NCBI RefSeq assembly: GCF_001194135.2
Contig: NC_068989.1
Coordinates: 14,604,927 to 14,668,926, forward strand
DNA: 64,000 bases
Origin: Octopus bimaculoides
Taxonomy: Eukaryota
Reading direction: 5' to 3'
Shown: in pieces, positions 63,490-64,000 of the stretch
How the letters are laid out: each line of letters starts with the position of its first letter
How positions within the stretch are numbered: position 1 is the stretch's first letter
Position numbers and translations under genes: made by a program
Notes under the pieces: generated by a model
Seen by the model: only the letters and a program-made list of their open reading frames with translations
What the model was told of the DNA's origin: nothing
Database searches by the model: none

Positions 63490-63649
63490 GTGTTAACAAA
63501 GAACCAAATGAAGATGAAAATGATGATTCTGTTCCTACCAATGTTATGATTATTATTATTGCCTGTGTTATCGGGGTGACGTTCTGCATTGCCGTTGTGG
63601 CTGTTGCAATCGTCATCTGCAAGAAGAAGGAATACAGAAACAAACGGAG
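63490..63649 (+). CDS. DCC: DCC/neogenin exon: acidic stalk, transmembrane helix and basic stop-transfer (…PTNVMIIIIACVIGVTFCIAVVAVAIVICKKKEYRNKR)
   Basis: CCTTGCAG acceptor phase 1; about 24-residue hydrophobic segment then KKKEYRNKR; probable donor AG|GTTGGT at 63649/63650 (phase 2). The gene continues beyond the window. Confidence 0.9.
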
Positions 63650-64000
63650 GTTGGTTGGTTGTGTTATTCTCTAATTATTCATGTTTGTTTGTTTGTTCGT
63701 CGTTCGTTAGCCCCCAGATCAGTTTCCATTAAACAAGTCTACTATAACTTCAGGCTGACCAAATCCTCATAAAGTGGATTTGATAGACAAAAACTAAAAG
63801 AAGCCTGTTGCATGTGTGTGTGTGTGTGTGTCAAAACTCTAAAAAGTTTGGCAGTTCTAAATCCATTAGATGCCACAAAGACAAAAGAGGGTTTAAAAAT
63901 TTCATCGGAGCCAGTTTAATAAAATTGTGTATGTGTGTGTGTGTGTGTGTGTATATATGTGTATGTATATATATGCGTGTGTATGTGTGTGTGCACAAAT

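Overview
AT-rich, microsatellite- and SINE-dense eukaryotic genomic DNA with many N gaps. The repeat landscape looks like an octopus (coleoid cephalopod) short-read assembly; this is an inference. The window holds the middle of one large + strand gene of the DCC/neogenin/frazzled netrin-receptor family. Twelve GT-AG coding exons (16659-63649, 2158 nt, about 719 codons, all phases compatible) encode the Ig4-FN1 linker, six fibronectin type III domains, a juxtamembrane linker and the transmembrane helix. No Ig-domain exons and no cytoplasmic P1-P3 exons are visible. Introns contain tRNA-derived SINEs, RTE and R4/Dong-like LINE fragments, mariner relics, hAT, Tc1/pogo and piggyBac-like MITEs, and Penelope-like fragments with hammerhead-ribozyme motifs. 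The most interesting unverified signals are: (1) a signal-peptide-like phase-1 exon at 6594-6687 that would splice directly to the FN1 exon, giving an Ig-less receptor; (2) in-frame alternative acceptors in the Ig4-FN1 and FN4-FN5 linkers, the same places where vertebrate neogenin/DCC are alternatively spliced; (3) a candidate 33-nt polybasic microexon in FN1; (4) intronic hammerhead motifs; (5) a near-identical inverted MITE pair bracketing two exons. Most ORFs in the supplied track are microsatellite or N artefacts.
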